Assembly: GCA_030588745.1 (NCBI GenBank)
Contig: JAUUXB010000001.1
Location: forward strand, 5,330 to 69,329
Reading direction: 5' to 3'
Source: a bacterium
Lineage (GTDB): Bacteria; Patescibacteriota; Minisyncoccia; Minisyncoccales; JANBVM01
Length of the DNA stretch: 64,000 nt
In this document: positions 1 through 10,057 of the stretch, piece by piece
Position numbering within the stretch: position 1 is the stretch's first letter
How the letters are laid out: every line of letters begins with the position of its first letter
Notes under the pieces: generated by a model
The model's input: the letters and a program-made list of their open reading frames with translations, nothing else
Told to the model about the DNA's origin: nothing
Databases searched by the model: none
Made by a program: the position numbers and the translations under genes

Positions 1-1
1 T

Positions 2-250
2 TCAGTAGCTTTAGAGAAAATGAAATGCACTAAAAAGTTTAAAACTTCTGTTATTGTAAGAGGAGGGGGATTAAATGCTCAGGCAGAAGCAGTTCGTCAT
101 GGTATAGCTAGAGCCTTGATTCTTTTTAATCCAGATTTTAGAAAAAGATTAAAGAAAGCTGGATTTTTAAAACGTGATTCAAGAATGAGAGAAAGAAAAA
201 AGCCTGGTTTAAAAAGAGCAAGAAGAGCACCGCAATGGAAAAAACGATAA
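2..250 (+). CDS. rpsI: 30S ribosomal protein S9, C-terminal part (5' end outside window)
   Basis: [21 protein letters not shown]...[31 protein letters not shown] matches the conserved S9 C-terminus. The frame is open to the window edge. Confidence 0.9.
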   Translation, partial: SVALEKMKCTKKFKTSVIVRGGGLNAQAEAVRHGIARALILFNPDFRKRLKKAGFLKRDSRMRERKKPGLKRARRAPQWKKR

Positions 251-309
251 AGCATTTAGCACTTTTAGAGGGTGGGTTTTCATAAAAATAATCTAAATTT
301 TTAATATCA

Positions 310-999
310 ATGTTAAAAGATTTAATCAACCAGTTTTATCTGGACAGGCACAAAGACAGAAAGAAGACCCGCTTTTACATTACTGATGCTGGAAAATGTA
401 GACGGTCAGTGTTTTTTAAGTTTAAAAATGCTCCCAAAGAAGAAATAGAGGCAAGAATTCTAAGATTGTTTGACCATGGTGATTATATTCATATGCTTAT
501 TATGAAATCCTTGTTTAGTGCAAGAGGTATTCATGTTGTTGCTTCTGAGGTTGATATTCCTCCTAAAACAATAATTGGAGGAAGAGCTGATGCAATAATT
601 AGTGATGGTAAAGAATTGTATGTTGTTGATATTAAAAGCATGAATAGCATGGTGTTTAGAAAGCTTGAAGAACCAAAACCAGAGAATATTGATCAATTGC
701 AACTTTATCTTCATTTTTTTAAAATCAAGAAAGGAATTTTGCTTTATGTAAGCAAAGACACTCAAGACCTAAAAGAGTTTATAATAGATTATGATAATGT
801 TAGGGCTAAAAGACTGCTTCAGGAGTTGTCTGAACTTAAGGTAAAGATTGATGCTGACACAATTCCTTCAAGGCTTGTTGATTGGCCTCAGGGTTGGCAA
901 TGTCGGTATTGCCAGTATAGAGAGATTTGTCACATGACAGGAGAAAAACCTATTAAATGGGAAAAGTTTAAAAAAAGAATTCAGACTGAAAAAGCTTAA
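310..999 (+). CDS. Cas4-like PD-(D/E)XK nuclease with 4-Cys cluster (orphan, no CRISPR nearby)
   Basis: One N-terminal Cys (DAGKCRRS) plus C-terminal CRYCQYREIC gives the Cas4/AddB-type Fe-S pattern. GGRADAII...YVVDIKS looks like a D...(D/E)xK core. Confidence 0.6.
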   Translation: MLKDLINQFYLDRHKDRKKTRFYITDAGKCRRSVFFKFKNAPKEEIEARILRLFDHGDYIHMLIMKSLFSARGIHVVASEVDIPPKTIIGGRADAIISDGKELYVVDIKSMNSMVFRKLEEPKPENIDQLQLYLHFFKIKKGILLYVSKDTQDLKEFIIDYDNVRAKRLLQELSELKVKIDADTIPSRLVDWPQGWQCRYCQYREICHMTGEKPIKWEKFKKRIQTEKA

Positions 1000-2270
1000 A
1001 TAATTATTTTTTCAGAAACAAACAGATTTCCTCTGTCCAATAGATAGAGTTTTTTTGTTTTGCGGTTTAAAAAGATTTCAGGATTTTCAACTGTTACTAT
1101 GTCAACAATATTTACCCTGTCTCTGTTGTCAATTTCAACAATCTTTAATACATTGCTGGTTATGAGAATTAGATAATCAGTATTTAGCCAAAAAATATCA
1201 TTTATTGATTTAGATAAACGCATTAAAAACATGTTTTCTCCTTTGTTGAATCTTGGCTGAAAATTTTGTTCTTCTAAAAACAATATCTTTACTTCTGAAT
1301 CAGAAAAATATACCAACTTCCGTTTATCAGGAGAAATCTTTATATAGTTAATATTCTCAGAGAATTTTTCAAATATTTCCTTTTCCTGGTCAAACAGATA
1401 GATCGTTTTTCCTTCTTGAAGAAAAATAGCTTTTTCAAATACATACAGTTTGTATTTAGTTTCTTGCCTTATATCAAAAGCTTGGCTGGTTATTTTCTCA
1501 TTATTTGTCAAAGAAGTATCTGTTTTATAAAGATCTCCTGAAGAATCCAGATAATAAATAGCTCCATTGGAAGATTCATAAGATAGAGCGTCTTTGATAA
1601 GGGGCTGGGGTGCTTTTGCTTTTGTTAGAAGTGGGGGAATTCTATCAATTTCAAGCTCAAAATAACTTATTTGTTCTTTGCCTCCAACCTGAAGCATAAG
1701 TTTATCATTATTAGTAAACTGCAGATCGATTAAATCAGCCCCAGTTTTGTAAATATCAGTTTCTTTTATCAGCTGGCTTTTTACGTTCTTTTCTAAATTA
1801 TATAACTTAAGAGTCCAAATATCTTTTTCTCTTTCTTTTATGATTGTTTTGCTTTTGTCTTCTGAAAACCAGATGTTTTCAACTCCAGTTGTTAAAAGTT
1901 GAAACTCTGGATCTTTTGGCAGAAGAACAATACTTCTTGCTTCAGCAACCTGTTTTTCTTTTACTTCCAGGTTTTTTTCCCAGGTATAATAATCTTGTTT
2001 TTGCACTTTTATATTATAGTTTTTAGGCAGAAGGTTCTCAATTAAAGTAGAGCTAAAGAAAAAATCTGTTTTTTTACTTAGTTTTCCATCCAAATAAACC
2101 TCTACTTGTTTTGGGTTTATTGTTTTAATAAAAATACCGCCTGTCTGGGTTAATCTTTTGTTTTCAAAATCAAACCTATAGCCCTGTACATAAAGGGTTA
2201 ATATTGGTGCAACTAGAATGAAAATCAAAAAAAATATGAAAAACAAAACTCTTCTGGTCTTTTTTTCCAT
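996..2270 (-). CDS. membrane-anchored hypothetical protein with PEGA-like N-terminal domain
   Basis: N-terminal TM helix (VLFFIFFLIFILVAPILTLYV). It is followed by IKTINPKQVEVYLDGK...NYNIKVQKQDYYTWEKNLEV, which resembles a PEGA domain. Its stop overlaps the stop of the convergent gene. Confidence 0.5.
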   Translation of the reverse strand: MEKKTRRVLFFIFFLIFILVAPILTLYVQGYRFDFENKRLTQTGGIFIKTINPKQVEVYLDGKLSKKTDFFFSSTLIENLLPKNYNIKVQKQDYYTWEKNLEVKEKQVAEARSIVLLPKDPEFQLLTTGVENIWFSEDKSKTIIKEREKDIWTLKLYNLEKNVKSQLIKETDIYKTGADLIDLQFTNNDKLMLQVGGKEQISYFELEIDRIPPLLTKAKAPQPLIKDALSYESSNGAIYYLDSSGDLYKTDTSLTNNEKITSQAFDIRQETKYKLYVFEKAIFLQEGKTIYLFDQEKEIFEKFSENINYIKISPDKRKLVYFSDSEVKILFLEEQNFQPRFNKGENMFLMRLSKSINDIFWLNTDYLILITSNVLKIVEIDNRDRVNIVDIVTVENPEIFLNRKTKKLYLLDRGNLFVSEKIII

Positions 2271-2381
2271 TGTTAATATTATATAACCAGCCTTAGTCCA
2301 AATGCAAGTTTTTTCTCAACTTACTATGCTGTTATCTTGTTATTCTGCTGCGGTACAGAATATGGTGATTTGATGAAAAAG

Positions 2382-2410
2382 TTGCAAAATAAAAGAGTTT
2401 AACTTATACT
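2382..2410 (+). promoter_or_regulatory. putative sigma70-type promoter for mreB
   Basis: TTGCAA (2382-2387), 17-nt spacer, TATACT (2405-2410), about 37 nt upstream of the mreB ATG. Confidence 0.35.
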
Positions 2411-2446
2411 AAAACTGAAAGTTAAGACAATTATTATTTTTTTAAT

Positions 2447-3451
2447 ATGAAAATTGGTATTGACTTAGGAACCTGCAATTCAGTGGTCTTTCTTCCAAAC
2501 AAAGGAGTGGTTTTACAAGAACCATCAGTTGTAGCAGTATCTTTGGTTGAGAATGAAATTATGGCTGTAGGAAGAAGAGCAAAAGAAATGATGGGCAGAA
2601 CTCCTGATAATATTAAAATCTACAGACCCTTAAAAGATGGGGTGATTGCTGATTTTCGGGTGACTCAGGCAATGCTTAAATATTTCATTGATAAAACAAC
2701 GGGTCGTTTTAAGTTTTTTAAGCCTGAGTTAATGATTGGTGTTCCAGCAGGCATTACTTCTACTGAAAAAAGAGCAGTGATTGAAGCAGGATTGAATGTA
2801 GGAGCAAGAGAAGTTTATTTGGCTAAAGAACCGATTTTAGCAGCTATTGGTGCTGGAATACCCATTAATAGCTGTTCTGGAAACATGGTTGTTGATATTG
2901 GGGGCGGAACAACTGAAGCAGTAGTAATTTCTTTAGGTGGTATTGTTAATTTCCATTCAATAAGAGTGGCAGGCGATAAAATGGATTCTGCTATTTCTGA
3001 TTTTGTGAAGAAAAAATACAATTTAGCAATTGGAGAACAAACTGCAGAAGAGATAAAAATTAAAATTGGAACCGCACTTCCTGACAAAGAAAAGTCTGAA
3101 AAAAAGATGGAAATCAGGGGCAGGGATATAGTGATGGGTTTACCAAGAAACATTGTTATTTCTTCAAATGATGTTTGTGAGGCAATTTCTGATATTCTTA
3201 CAGAAGTTACACAGGCAATTAAATCAGTGCTTCGCGATACACCTCCTGAACTTTCAGCTGACATAATTAGCAAAGGCATGATTCTAACTGGGGGAGGGTC
3301 ACTGCTTAGAAACATAGCGCAAATGATTGAAAAATCAGTTGGAGTACCAGCTGTTATTGCTGATGAAGCTTTGCTTTGTGTAGCTAAGGGAACTGGTTCT
3401 ATGTTGTCAAATCTTGATATGTACAAAAAAAGTATGATGAGTAAAAAATAG
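2447..3451 (+). CDS. mreB: rod-shape/actin-like protein MreB (copy 1)
   Basis: IGIDLGTCNSVV, VDIGGGTTE and LTGGGSLLRN are actin-fold ATPase motifs of MreB. Confidence 0.92.
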   Translation: MKIGIDLGTCNSVVFLPNKGVVLQEPSVVAVSLVENEIMAVGRRAKEMMGRTPDNIKIYRPLKDGVIADFRVTQAMLKYFIDKTTGRFKFFKPELMIGVPAGITSTEKRAVIEAGLNVGAREVYLAKEPILAAIGAGIPINSCSGNMVVDIGGGTTEAVVISLGGIVNFHSIRVAGDKMDSAISDFVKKKYNLAIGEQTAEEIKIKIGTALPDKEKSEKKMEIRGRDIVMGLPRNIVISSNDVCEAISDILTEVTQAIKSVLRDTPPELSADIISKGMILTGGGSLLRNIAQMIEKSVGVPAVIADEALLCVAKGTGSMLSNLDMYKKSMMSKK

Positions 3452-3464
3452 ACAGCATTTTATC

Positions 3465-4313
3465 ATGATAATTGGTCATAAAAAACAACAGGAATTTTTT
3501 AAAAAAATAGTTGAAGCAGAGAATATTCCTCATGCGCTACTATTTACTGGCAATGAGAAACTTGGAAAAAAGAAAATAGCTTTTAAACTTGTTTCTTCAA
3601 TTTTTAAGGAAAATATTTTTCAACATCCAGATTTTTCTTTAGTTGCTCCAAAAGAGAAACAAATTCAGATTAATCAGATAAGAGACATTAATTGGCGATT
3701 ATCTCTAAAGCCAGTTAAAGCACCTCTTTTATCAGTTGTTATTGACCAGGCTCATTCAATGACAAAAGGGGCCCAGAATTGTTTTTTAAAAACTCTAGAA
3801 GAACCCAAAAGCAAGTCCTTAATTATTTTAATTACAGAATACCCAAAATTCCTTTTGCCAACCATTATTTCAAGATGCCAGATGGTTAAATTTTATCCAG
3901 TAGCAAACAGTGAGATAAAGAATTATTTAAGAGTTAAAAAAATCAAACAAGAGCAAATTAACGAAATAACTCAGATTTGTTTGGGGAGACCTGGTGTTGC
4001 AGTTGATTTTTTTAAAAATCCAGAAAAATTAGAAGAAAGACAGGAAAAAATAGAAAAGTTAGTTAAGATTATGAAATCACCAATAAATTTACGTTTTCAA
4101 TACGCAAAAGAGCTTTCAGAAAATAATGATTTAAAAGAAACACTATCTATCTGGCTGTCTTATTTTAGAAAGAATTTAATATCTCGTTCTGATACGTTTT
4201 TAATGTCTAAGACAAGAGAGATTCTTCATAGTATCCAGAGAACAATTTTTCTGCTTTCAACAACAAATATTAATACAAGACTGGCTCTGGAAGTATTGAT
4301 GATGGAATTTTAA
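3465..4313 (+). CDS. holB: DNA polymerase III delta' subunit
   Basis: HALLFTGNEKLGKKKIA (degenerate P-loop), FLKTLEEP and ISRCQ motifs typical of the clamp-loader delta' subunit. Confidence 0.8.
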   Translation: MIIGHKKQQEFFKKIVEAENIPHALLFTGNEKLGKKKIAFKLVSSIFKENIFQHPDFSLVAPKEKQIQINQIRDINWRLSLKPVKAPLLSVVIDQAHSMTKGAQNCFLKTLEEPKSKSLIILITEYPKFLLPTIISRCQMVKFYPVANSEIKNYLRVKKIKQEQINEITQICLGRPGVAVDFFKNPEKLEERQEKIEKLVKIMKSPINLRFQYAKELSENNDLKETLSIWLSYFRKNLISRSDTFLMSKTREILHSIQRTIFLLSTTNINTRLALEVLMMEF

Positions 4314-4335
4314 TTGCTAAATTAACCCTTAACTT

Positions 4336-4911
4336 ATGGTAGATGAAAAAATTTCCCATAAAGACATTATTGATAAAATAAGGCCTGAGCTGGATAAAGC
4401 TATTGGTTTTTTAGAAAAGGAATTGCAGAAAATAAGAACAGAAAGGGCAACGCCTTCTTTAGTAGAAAATATTGAAGTAGATTGTTTTGGTAAGAAGTTT
4501 CCTTTAAAACAGCTGGCTACAATCAGTGTTTCTCAATCAAGAGAAATCGTGATTCAGCCCTGGGATAAGTCATATAGTGAAGAGATCGTTAAATCTTTAG
4601 AGAAAAACACTAGTATTGGTGCAGCTCCAGTCGTTGATAAGAATGTAATAAGAATTCGTTTACCTTCTTTAAGCGAGGAGTTTAGAAAAGATTTGATTCA
4701 TTTTGCTTCTGAAAAACAGGAAATAGTTAAAAAAACAATTAGAAGGTGGAGAGACGAGGCCTGGAGAGAGATCCAAGATGCAGAAAGAGAGGGGAAAATA
4801 AGTGAAGACGATAAGTTTAAGGGAAAAGATGAGCTTCAAGAATTAATAGATGAGTGCCATGAAAAGGTTGAAAAAATGATAGAGAACAAAAAAAAGGAAA
4901 TAGAGAGTTAA
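4336..4911 (+). CDS. frr: ribosome recycling factor
   Basis: Full-length match in style to RRF: LQKIRTERATPSLVENIEVDCFGK...IRIRLPSLSEEFRKDL...IRRWRDEA. Confidence 0.92.
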   Translation: MVDEKISHKDIIDKIRPELDKAIGFLEKELQKIRTERATPSLVENIEVDCFGKKFPLKQLATISVSQSREIVIQPWDKSYSEEIVKSLEKNTSIGAAPVVDKNVIRIRLPSLSEEFRKDLIHFASEKQEIVKKTIRRWRDEAWREIQDAEREGKISEDDKFKGKDELQELIDECHEKVEKMIENKKKEIES

Positions 4912-4918
4912 TTTATTT

Positions 4919-5998
4919 ATGTTTGCAACAATAATCATTGCTTTTTTTAGTCTTGTTGGCTTAATAACTCTTCATGAGTTTGGTCATTTTTTATTTGCAA
5001 AAAAGTTCGGTGTTAAAGTGGAAGAATTTGGTATAGGTTATCCGCCAAGAATATTTGGGAAAAAAATAGGGGAGACCATTTATTCTTTAAATCTTTTGCC
5101 ATTTGGAGCTTTTGTAAGATTGCCAGGTGAAATTGGAAAAAAACATAGTCCAGATAGTTTTTCTCAACAGCCGGTTTCAAAAAGAATCCTGATTGTTTTA
5201 GGTGGGGTGTTATCTTTTTGGATAATTGCTGCAATAATTTTTAGTATTGTTTTTACTCTTGGAGCACCAATAGCAATTGATGATGAAACTGACGGTGATT
5301 TAATTAATCCCAGAGTTCAAATCGTTGGCTTGGCAAAGGATTCACCAGCTGAAATCGCAGGATTAAAGGTTGGTGATGCAATCAAGAAAATGTCTTTTTT
5401 AGATGTTAAACTGATTCCAGAAAAAACAAAACAAATTCAGGATTTTACAAGCAGTTATTTGGGCAAAGAAATTAGTTTGACCATTGAAAGAGGAAAAGAG
5501 ATTCTTTATTTTTCATTAATTCCCAGAATATCACCACCTCAAGGAGAGGGAGCAATGGGAATTGCTCTGGCCAGAACTGCAATTAAAAAATCTCCTTTAT
5601 ATTTGGCGCTTTGGGAGGGGATTGTAGCTACAGGTGATTTAACCATAGGTATTGTTAAAGGGTATTTAAAAGCTATAAACAATGTTATTACTGGCAGGCC
5701 TTCAGGAGTTCAGATGACAGGACCAGTTGGGGTTTTTCAAATGCTATCTCAAGCCCAGGAATTGGGAATTACTTATTATTTGAATTTCTTGGCTATGATT
5801 TCTATTTACTTAGCTGTTTTTAATTTAATGCCAATCCCAGCCGTTGATGGGGGTAAATTAATGTTTTTAACTATTGAGGCAATAAGGAAAAAACCTATTC
5901 CTGAAAAGATAGAGCAGAATATTACAGCAGTTTTCTTTATGCTGTTAATAATCCTAATGATTTTTGTAACAATTAATGATATAAATCGGATATTTTAA
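4919..5998 (+). CDS. rseP: RIP metalloprotease RseP (site-2 protease, M50) with PDZ domain
   Basis: HEFGHF zinc motif, internal PDZ-like segment (GLAKDSPAEIAGLKVGDAI) and C-terminal NLMPIPAVDGG motif. Confidence 0.9.
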   Translation: MFATIIIAFFSLVGLITLHEFGHFLFAKKFGVKVEEFGIGYPPRIFGKKIGETIYSLNLLPFGAFVRLPGEIGKKHSPDSFSQQPVSKRILIVLGGVLSFWIIAAIIFSIVFTLGAPIAIDDETDGDLINPRVQIVGLAKDSPAEIAGLKVGDAIKKMSFLDVKLIPEKTKQIQDFTSSYLGKEISLTIERGKEILYFSLIPRISPPQGEGAMGIALARTAIKKSPLYLALWEGIVATGDLTIGIVKGYLKAINNVITGRPSGVQMTGPVGVFQMLSQAQELGITYYLNFLAMISIYLAVFNLMPIPAVDGGKLMFLTIEAIRKKPIPEKIEQNITAVFFMLLIILMIFVTINDINRIF

Positions 5999-6003
5999 GG
6001 ATT

Positions 6004-7251
6004 ATGAAGCAATCAAATCTTTTAGCTAAAACTAAAAAAACAATATCAAAAGATATTTCAACTATAAGTCATAAGTACTTAATTAAGGGTGATTTTATAG
6101 AGCAATCAATTAGTGGTGTTTACAGGTTTTTGCCTTTGGGTTTTAGGGTTCTTAAAAAGATTGAAAATATTATAAGGGAGGAAATGAATAATTTAGGGGC
6201 TCAGGAAATACTTTTGCCAACTCTTCAGGATAAAAGGCTTTGGGAAGAAACTGATCGCTGGGATAATATTGACCCTCCTTTATTTAAGTTAAAAGACAGG
6301 CACAACAAGCAAATTGCACTTGGTCCTACTCATGAAGAAGAAATGGTTGATATTGCCAGAAAAAGAGTTAAATCTTATCAGGATTTGCCTTTTGCGCTTT
6401 TTCAGATTCAGAATAAATTTAGAAATGAAATGAGAGCAACAGCAGGCCTTTTAAGAACAAGAGAATTTATAATGAAGGATTTGTATGATTTTCAGCTTGA
6501 TAAACGTGATTCAAGTGATTTTTATGAGAAAGTTAAAAGAGCATATTTTAAGATTTTTAAAAGATGTGGATTAAAAGTGATTTGTGTTGAAGCAAGCACT
6601 GGCACTATTGGTGGCAAGCTTTCTCATGAATTTATGGTTTTATCCGAAATCGGTGAAGACAAGATTTTACTTTGTAAAAAATGTAATTATGCAGTAAATA
6701 CTGAGCTGGTCAAAAATGCAAAGAAATGTTCTCATTGCAGAGGATTGTTAGAAACTAAAGAATCAATTGAGCTTGGTCATATTTTCTACTTAGGAACAAA
6801 GTACAGCAAAGTAATGAACCTTTATTACCAAGATAAAGATGGTAAAAACAAACCTGTTTCAATGGGCTGTTATGGAATTGGTCTTGGCAGGCTAATGGCA
6901 GGAATTGTTGAAGTTCATAATGATGAAAATGGAATTATCTGGCCCACAGAAGTTGCTCCTTTTAATGTTCATCTGATTATTGTTGAGAATGTTGGTGATG
7001 TGGTAAAAGCATCAAAGAAATTGTATAAAGATTTAGAGGAAGCAGGAATTGAGGTACTTTATGACAACAGAGAGGATAAATCAGCTGGAGAAAAATTTGT
7101 GGACTGTGATTTAATTGGAATTCCAGTAAGAATTGTTATTTCTGAAAAAACTTTAAAAAAGAATTCTGTTGAACTAAAAGAAAGAAAAAATAAAAAACTG
7201 AAATTAGTAAAAATTAATCAGTTAACTAAATTCTTAAAAGATGTTAAATAG
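6004..7251 (+). CDS. proS: prolyl-tRNA synthetase, short bacterial-type form lacking the INS editing domain
   Basis: Class II motifs (FRNEMRATAGLLRTREFIMKD, GCYGIGLGRL) and IELGHIFYLGTKYS. It is only 415 aa. A CxxC-x17-CxxC segment lies where INS normally sits. Confidence 0.85.
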   Translation: MKQSNLLAKTKKTISKDISTISHKYLIKGDFIEQSISGVYRFLPLGFRVLKKIENIIREEMNNLGAQEILLPTLQDKRLWEETDRWDNIDPPLFKLKDRHNKQIALGPTHEEEMVDIARKRVKSYQDLPFALFQIQNKFRNEMRATAGLLRTREFIMKDLYDFQLDKRDSSDFYEKVKRAYFKIFKRCGLKVICVEASTGTIGGKLSHEFMVLSEIGEDKILLCKKCNYAVNTELVKNAKKCSHCRGLLETKESIELGHIFYLGTKYSKVMNLYYQDKDGKNKPVSMGCYGIGLGRLMAGIVEVHNDENGIIWPTEVAPFNVHLIIVENVGDVVKASKKLYKDLEEAGIEVLYDNREDKSAGEKFVDCDLIGIPVRIVISEKTLKKNSVELKERKNKKLKLVKINQLTKFLKDVK

Positions 7252-8284
7252 ATTTTTCCAACAATTTTCAGAAGATATTGCTATTGACCTTGGAACTGCT
7301 AATTCTGTGGTTTATGTTCATGGCAGAGGCATTGTAATTCAGGAGCCCTCTGTTGTGGCAATAAATAAAAAAACAGGACAGATTTTAGCAATAGGGTTAG
7401 AGGCAAAAAAAATGGTAGGAAGAACTCCTGCTCATATTGTTGCTACAAGGCCTTTAAGGGCTGGGGTGATTTCTGATTTTGAAGTTACTGAACAAATGCT
7501 TCGGTATTTTCTTGAAAAATCACGTGAGAAAAAATTTATAAGACCCAGAACAATTATTGGTATTCCTGCCGGAGTTACAGAAGTAGAGAAAAAAGCAGTT
7601 ATTGATGCTACTAAATCAGCTGGAGCAAGAGAAGTGTTTTTAATTGAAGAAGCAATGGCAAGTGCAATTGGGGCACGACTGCCTGTCCAAGAAGCAGGTG
7701 GCAATTTTTTGGTTGATATTGGAGGTGGAACAACTGAAGTGGCAGTAATTTCATTGGGCGGAATTGTATTGTCAAAAAGTTTAAGAGTAGCAGGAGACAG
7801 GCTTAATGAAGATATAATCCGTTTTGCTCAGGAAGAGTATAAGTTGTTGATAGGTGAAAGAACAGCAGAGATGATTAAAATTGCTATTGGTTCAGCTTAT
7901 CCTCTAAAAGAAAAGAAAGAAATGCCAATGAGGGGAAGAAATATTATTACTGGCTTGCCTGAAGAGATTGTGGTTTCAAGTCAAGATATTAAAAAGGCAA
8001 TAGAAAAATCTGTTAAAGTTATTGTTGATGAAATAAAAACAGCTATTGAAGAAACTCCTCCAGAGTTAATAGCTGATATAATGGCTGATGGGATTTACAT
8101 GGCAGGCGGTGGTTCGCTTTTAGGGGGGCTGGATGCTTTGATTCAAAAAGAAACAAGAATTCCAACAAAAATTATTGAAGATCCAATAACTGCAGTTGTT
8201 CGTGGTGCTGGTATGGTTTTGGAAAATTTAAATGATTTAAGCAACGTGTTGGTGGAAACATGGGAGCTTGAACCGCCGCATTAA
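7241..8284 (+). CDS. mreB: rod-shape/actin-like protein MreB (copy 2)
   Basis: IAIDLGTANSVV, VDIGGGTTE and MAGGGSLLGG. Roughly half the residues are identical to copy 1 by eye. Confidence 0.9.
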   Translation: MLNRFFQQFSEDIAIDLGTANSVVYVHGRGIVIQEPSVVAINKKTGQILAIGLEAKKMVGRTPAHIVATRPLRAGVISDFEVTEQMLRYFLEKSREKKFIRPRTIIGIPAGVTEVEKKAVIDATKSAGAREVFLIEEAMASAIGARLPVQEAGGNFLVDIGGGTTEVAVISLGGIVLSKSLRVAGDRLNEDIIRFAQEEYKLLIGERTAEMIKIAIGSAYPLKEKKEMPMRGRNIITGLPEEIVVSSQDIKKAIEKSVKVIVDEIKTAIEETPPELIADIMADGIYMAGGGSLLGGLDALIQKETRIPTKIIEDPITAVVRGAGMVLENLNDLSNVLVETWELEPPH

Positions 8285-8345
8285 CGTCTAAATAATTAGC
8301 GTCTGGAATATTAGGTTTTCTAGTGCCCTAAACCCTAAATTTATC

Positions 8346-8633
8346 ATGATTTCTAAAGAAGAAGTTAAACACATTGCTAAGTTGGCAAGAATTGAATTAA
8401 CCAGAGACGAGCTTATGAGGTTCCAGAAAGAACTTTCTTTGATTTTAGATTACATTGAACAGCTTAAAAAAGTTGATGTTTCAAAAGTTGACTTAAAAAA
8501 AGGATTGACAAAATCCCATAGCGTAACAAGAGAAGATGAGCAAATTAAAAAACCAATTGAAGAAATCTCTTTGTTGATGGATTTAGCGCCTGAGAAAAAA
8601 GACAATTACTTAAAAACAAAAAAAATTCTTTAG
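8346..8633 (+). CDS. gatC: Asp/Glu-tRNA amidotransferase subunit C
   Basis: VKHIAKLARIELTRDE...LILDYIEQL pattern, 95 aa, immediately upstream of gatA. Confidence 0.88.
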   Translation: MISKEEVKHIAKLARIELTRDELMRFQKELSLILDYIEQLKKVDVSKVDLKKGLTKSHSVTREDEQIKKPIEEISLLMDLAPEKKDNYLKTKKIL

Positions 8634-8636
8634 ATT

Positions 8637-10052
8637 ATGGATTTAACTGACCTTACAATTAAACAGGTTGGTCAAGGTTTGCGTGATAAAAACTTTTCTG
8701 TTTTAGAATTAACAAAAGCTCATTTAGAAAAGATTAAAAAAGAGGATAAAGACATTAATGCTTTTTTAACTCTTTGTGAAGACAAAGCTTTAGAAAAGGC
8801 AAAAGAAATAGATAAAATAATTGCTTCAAAAAAGAAGATTCCCTTGCTTGCTGGAATTCTGGCAGCAGTAAAAGATAATATTTTAGTTAAAGGAACAAGG
8901 GCTACTGCTGGTTCTAAGATACTTAAAAACTACATTGCTCCTTATAATGCTACCTGTATTAAAAAATTGGAAAAGCAGGGTGTTATAATTTTGGGAAAAA
9001 CAAATCTTGATGAATTTGCAATGGGTGCTTCTACTGAAAATTCTGCTTTTGGGCCAACAAAAAACCCCAAAGATTTAACTAGGGTACCAGGTGGTTCTTC
9101 TGGTGGTTCAGCTGCTGCTGTAGCTAAAAATTTTTGCCATTTTGCTTTGGGCTCTGATACAGGGGGCTCAATCAGGCAGCCAGCTTCATTTTGTGGGATA
9201 GTAGGACTTAGTCCAACTTATGGAGCAGTATCTCGTTATGGGTTGATCGCACTGACATCTTCTTTAGATCAAATAGGACCAATAACAAAAACAGTTGAAG
9301 ATTGTAAGATTATCTTTGACATTATTAAAGGAAGAGATGAGATGGATTCAACAAGCGTAAATGATGAACTGCTTGTTGATTCAGACATTGAAACAGTTAA
9401 AGGTTTGGTTATTGGAATTCCTAAGGAATATTTTATTGAAGGCATTGATAAAGGAGTGTTGGATTTAGTAAAACAAGCAATAAATAAATATGAGAAATTA
9501 GGCGCAAAGATCAAAGAAATTCATTTGCCGTTAACAAAATACGCAGTGGCTTGTTATTATATCATTAATCCGTCTGAGGCAAGTACAAATTTAGCCAGAT
9601 ATGATGGTATAAAATATGGCTTATCTCAATCTAATAAAGAATTATTGGATGTTTATTTGGACAGCAGAGGAGCTGGTTTTGGAGATGAGGTAAAAAGAAG
9701 AATTATAATAGGAACTTTTGCTTTGTCTTCTGGTTATTACGAAGCATATTATTTAAGGGCACAGAAAGTGAGGCAATTAATAAAAAAGGATTTTGAAAAA
9801 GCTTTCAGTGAAGTTGATGTTATTTTTACACCCACAGCTCCAACCCCTGCTTTTAAATTAGAAGAGAAAACAGAAAATCCTTTAGAAATGTATTTAGCTG
9901 ATATTTTTACTGCCCCGGTTAAACTAGCAGGACTACCTGCAATTTCAGTGCCTTGTGGGGAAACCAATAATCTTCCTGTGGGTCTTCAGATTATTGGAAA
10001 ATCTTTTAAAGATGATAAAATTATTAAAATAGCTAGATTTTTAGAAAAATAA
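8637..10052 (+). CDS. gatA: Asp/Glu-tRNA amidotransferase subunit A
   Basis: Amidase signature GGSSGGSAAAVA...GSDTGGSIRQPASFCG. Confidence 0.93.
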   Translation: MDLTDLTIKQVGQGLRDKNFSVLELTKAHLEKIKKEDKDINAFLTLCEDKALEKAKEIDKIIASKKKIPLLAGILAAVKDNILVKGTRATAGSKILKNYIAPYNATCIKKLEKQGVIILGKTNLDEFAMGASTENSAFGPTKNPKDLTRVPGGSSGGSAAAVAKNFCHFALGSDTGGSIRQPASFCGIVGLSPTYGAVSRYGLIALTSSLDQIGPITKTVEDCKIIFDIIKGRDEMDSTSVNDELLVDSDIETVKGLVIGIPKEYFIEGIDKGVLDLVKQAINKYEKLGAKIKEIHLPLTKYAVACYYIINPSEASTNLARYDGIKYGLSQSNKELLDVYLDSRGAGFGDEVKRRIIIGTFALSSGYYEAYYLRAQKVRQLIKKDFEKAFSEVDVIFTPTAPTPAFKLEEKTENPLEMYLADIFTAPVKLAGLPAISVPCGETNNLPVGLQIIGKSFKDDKIIKIARFLEK

Positions 10053-10057
10053 CTTAT

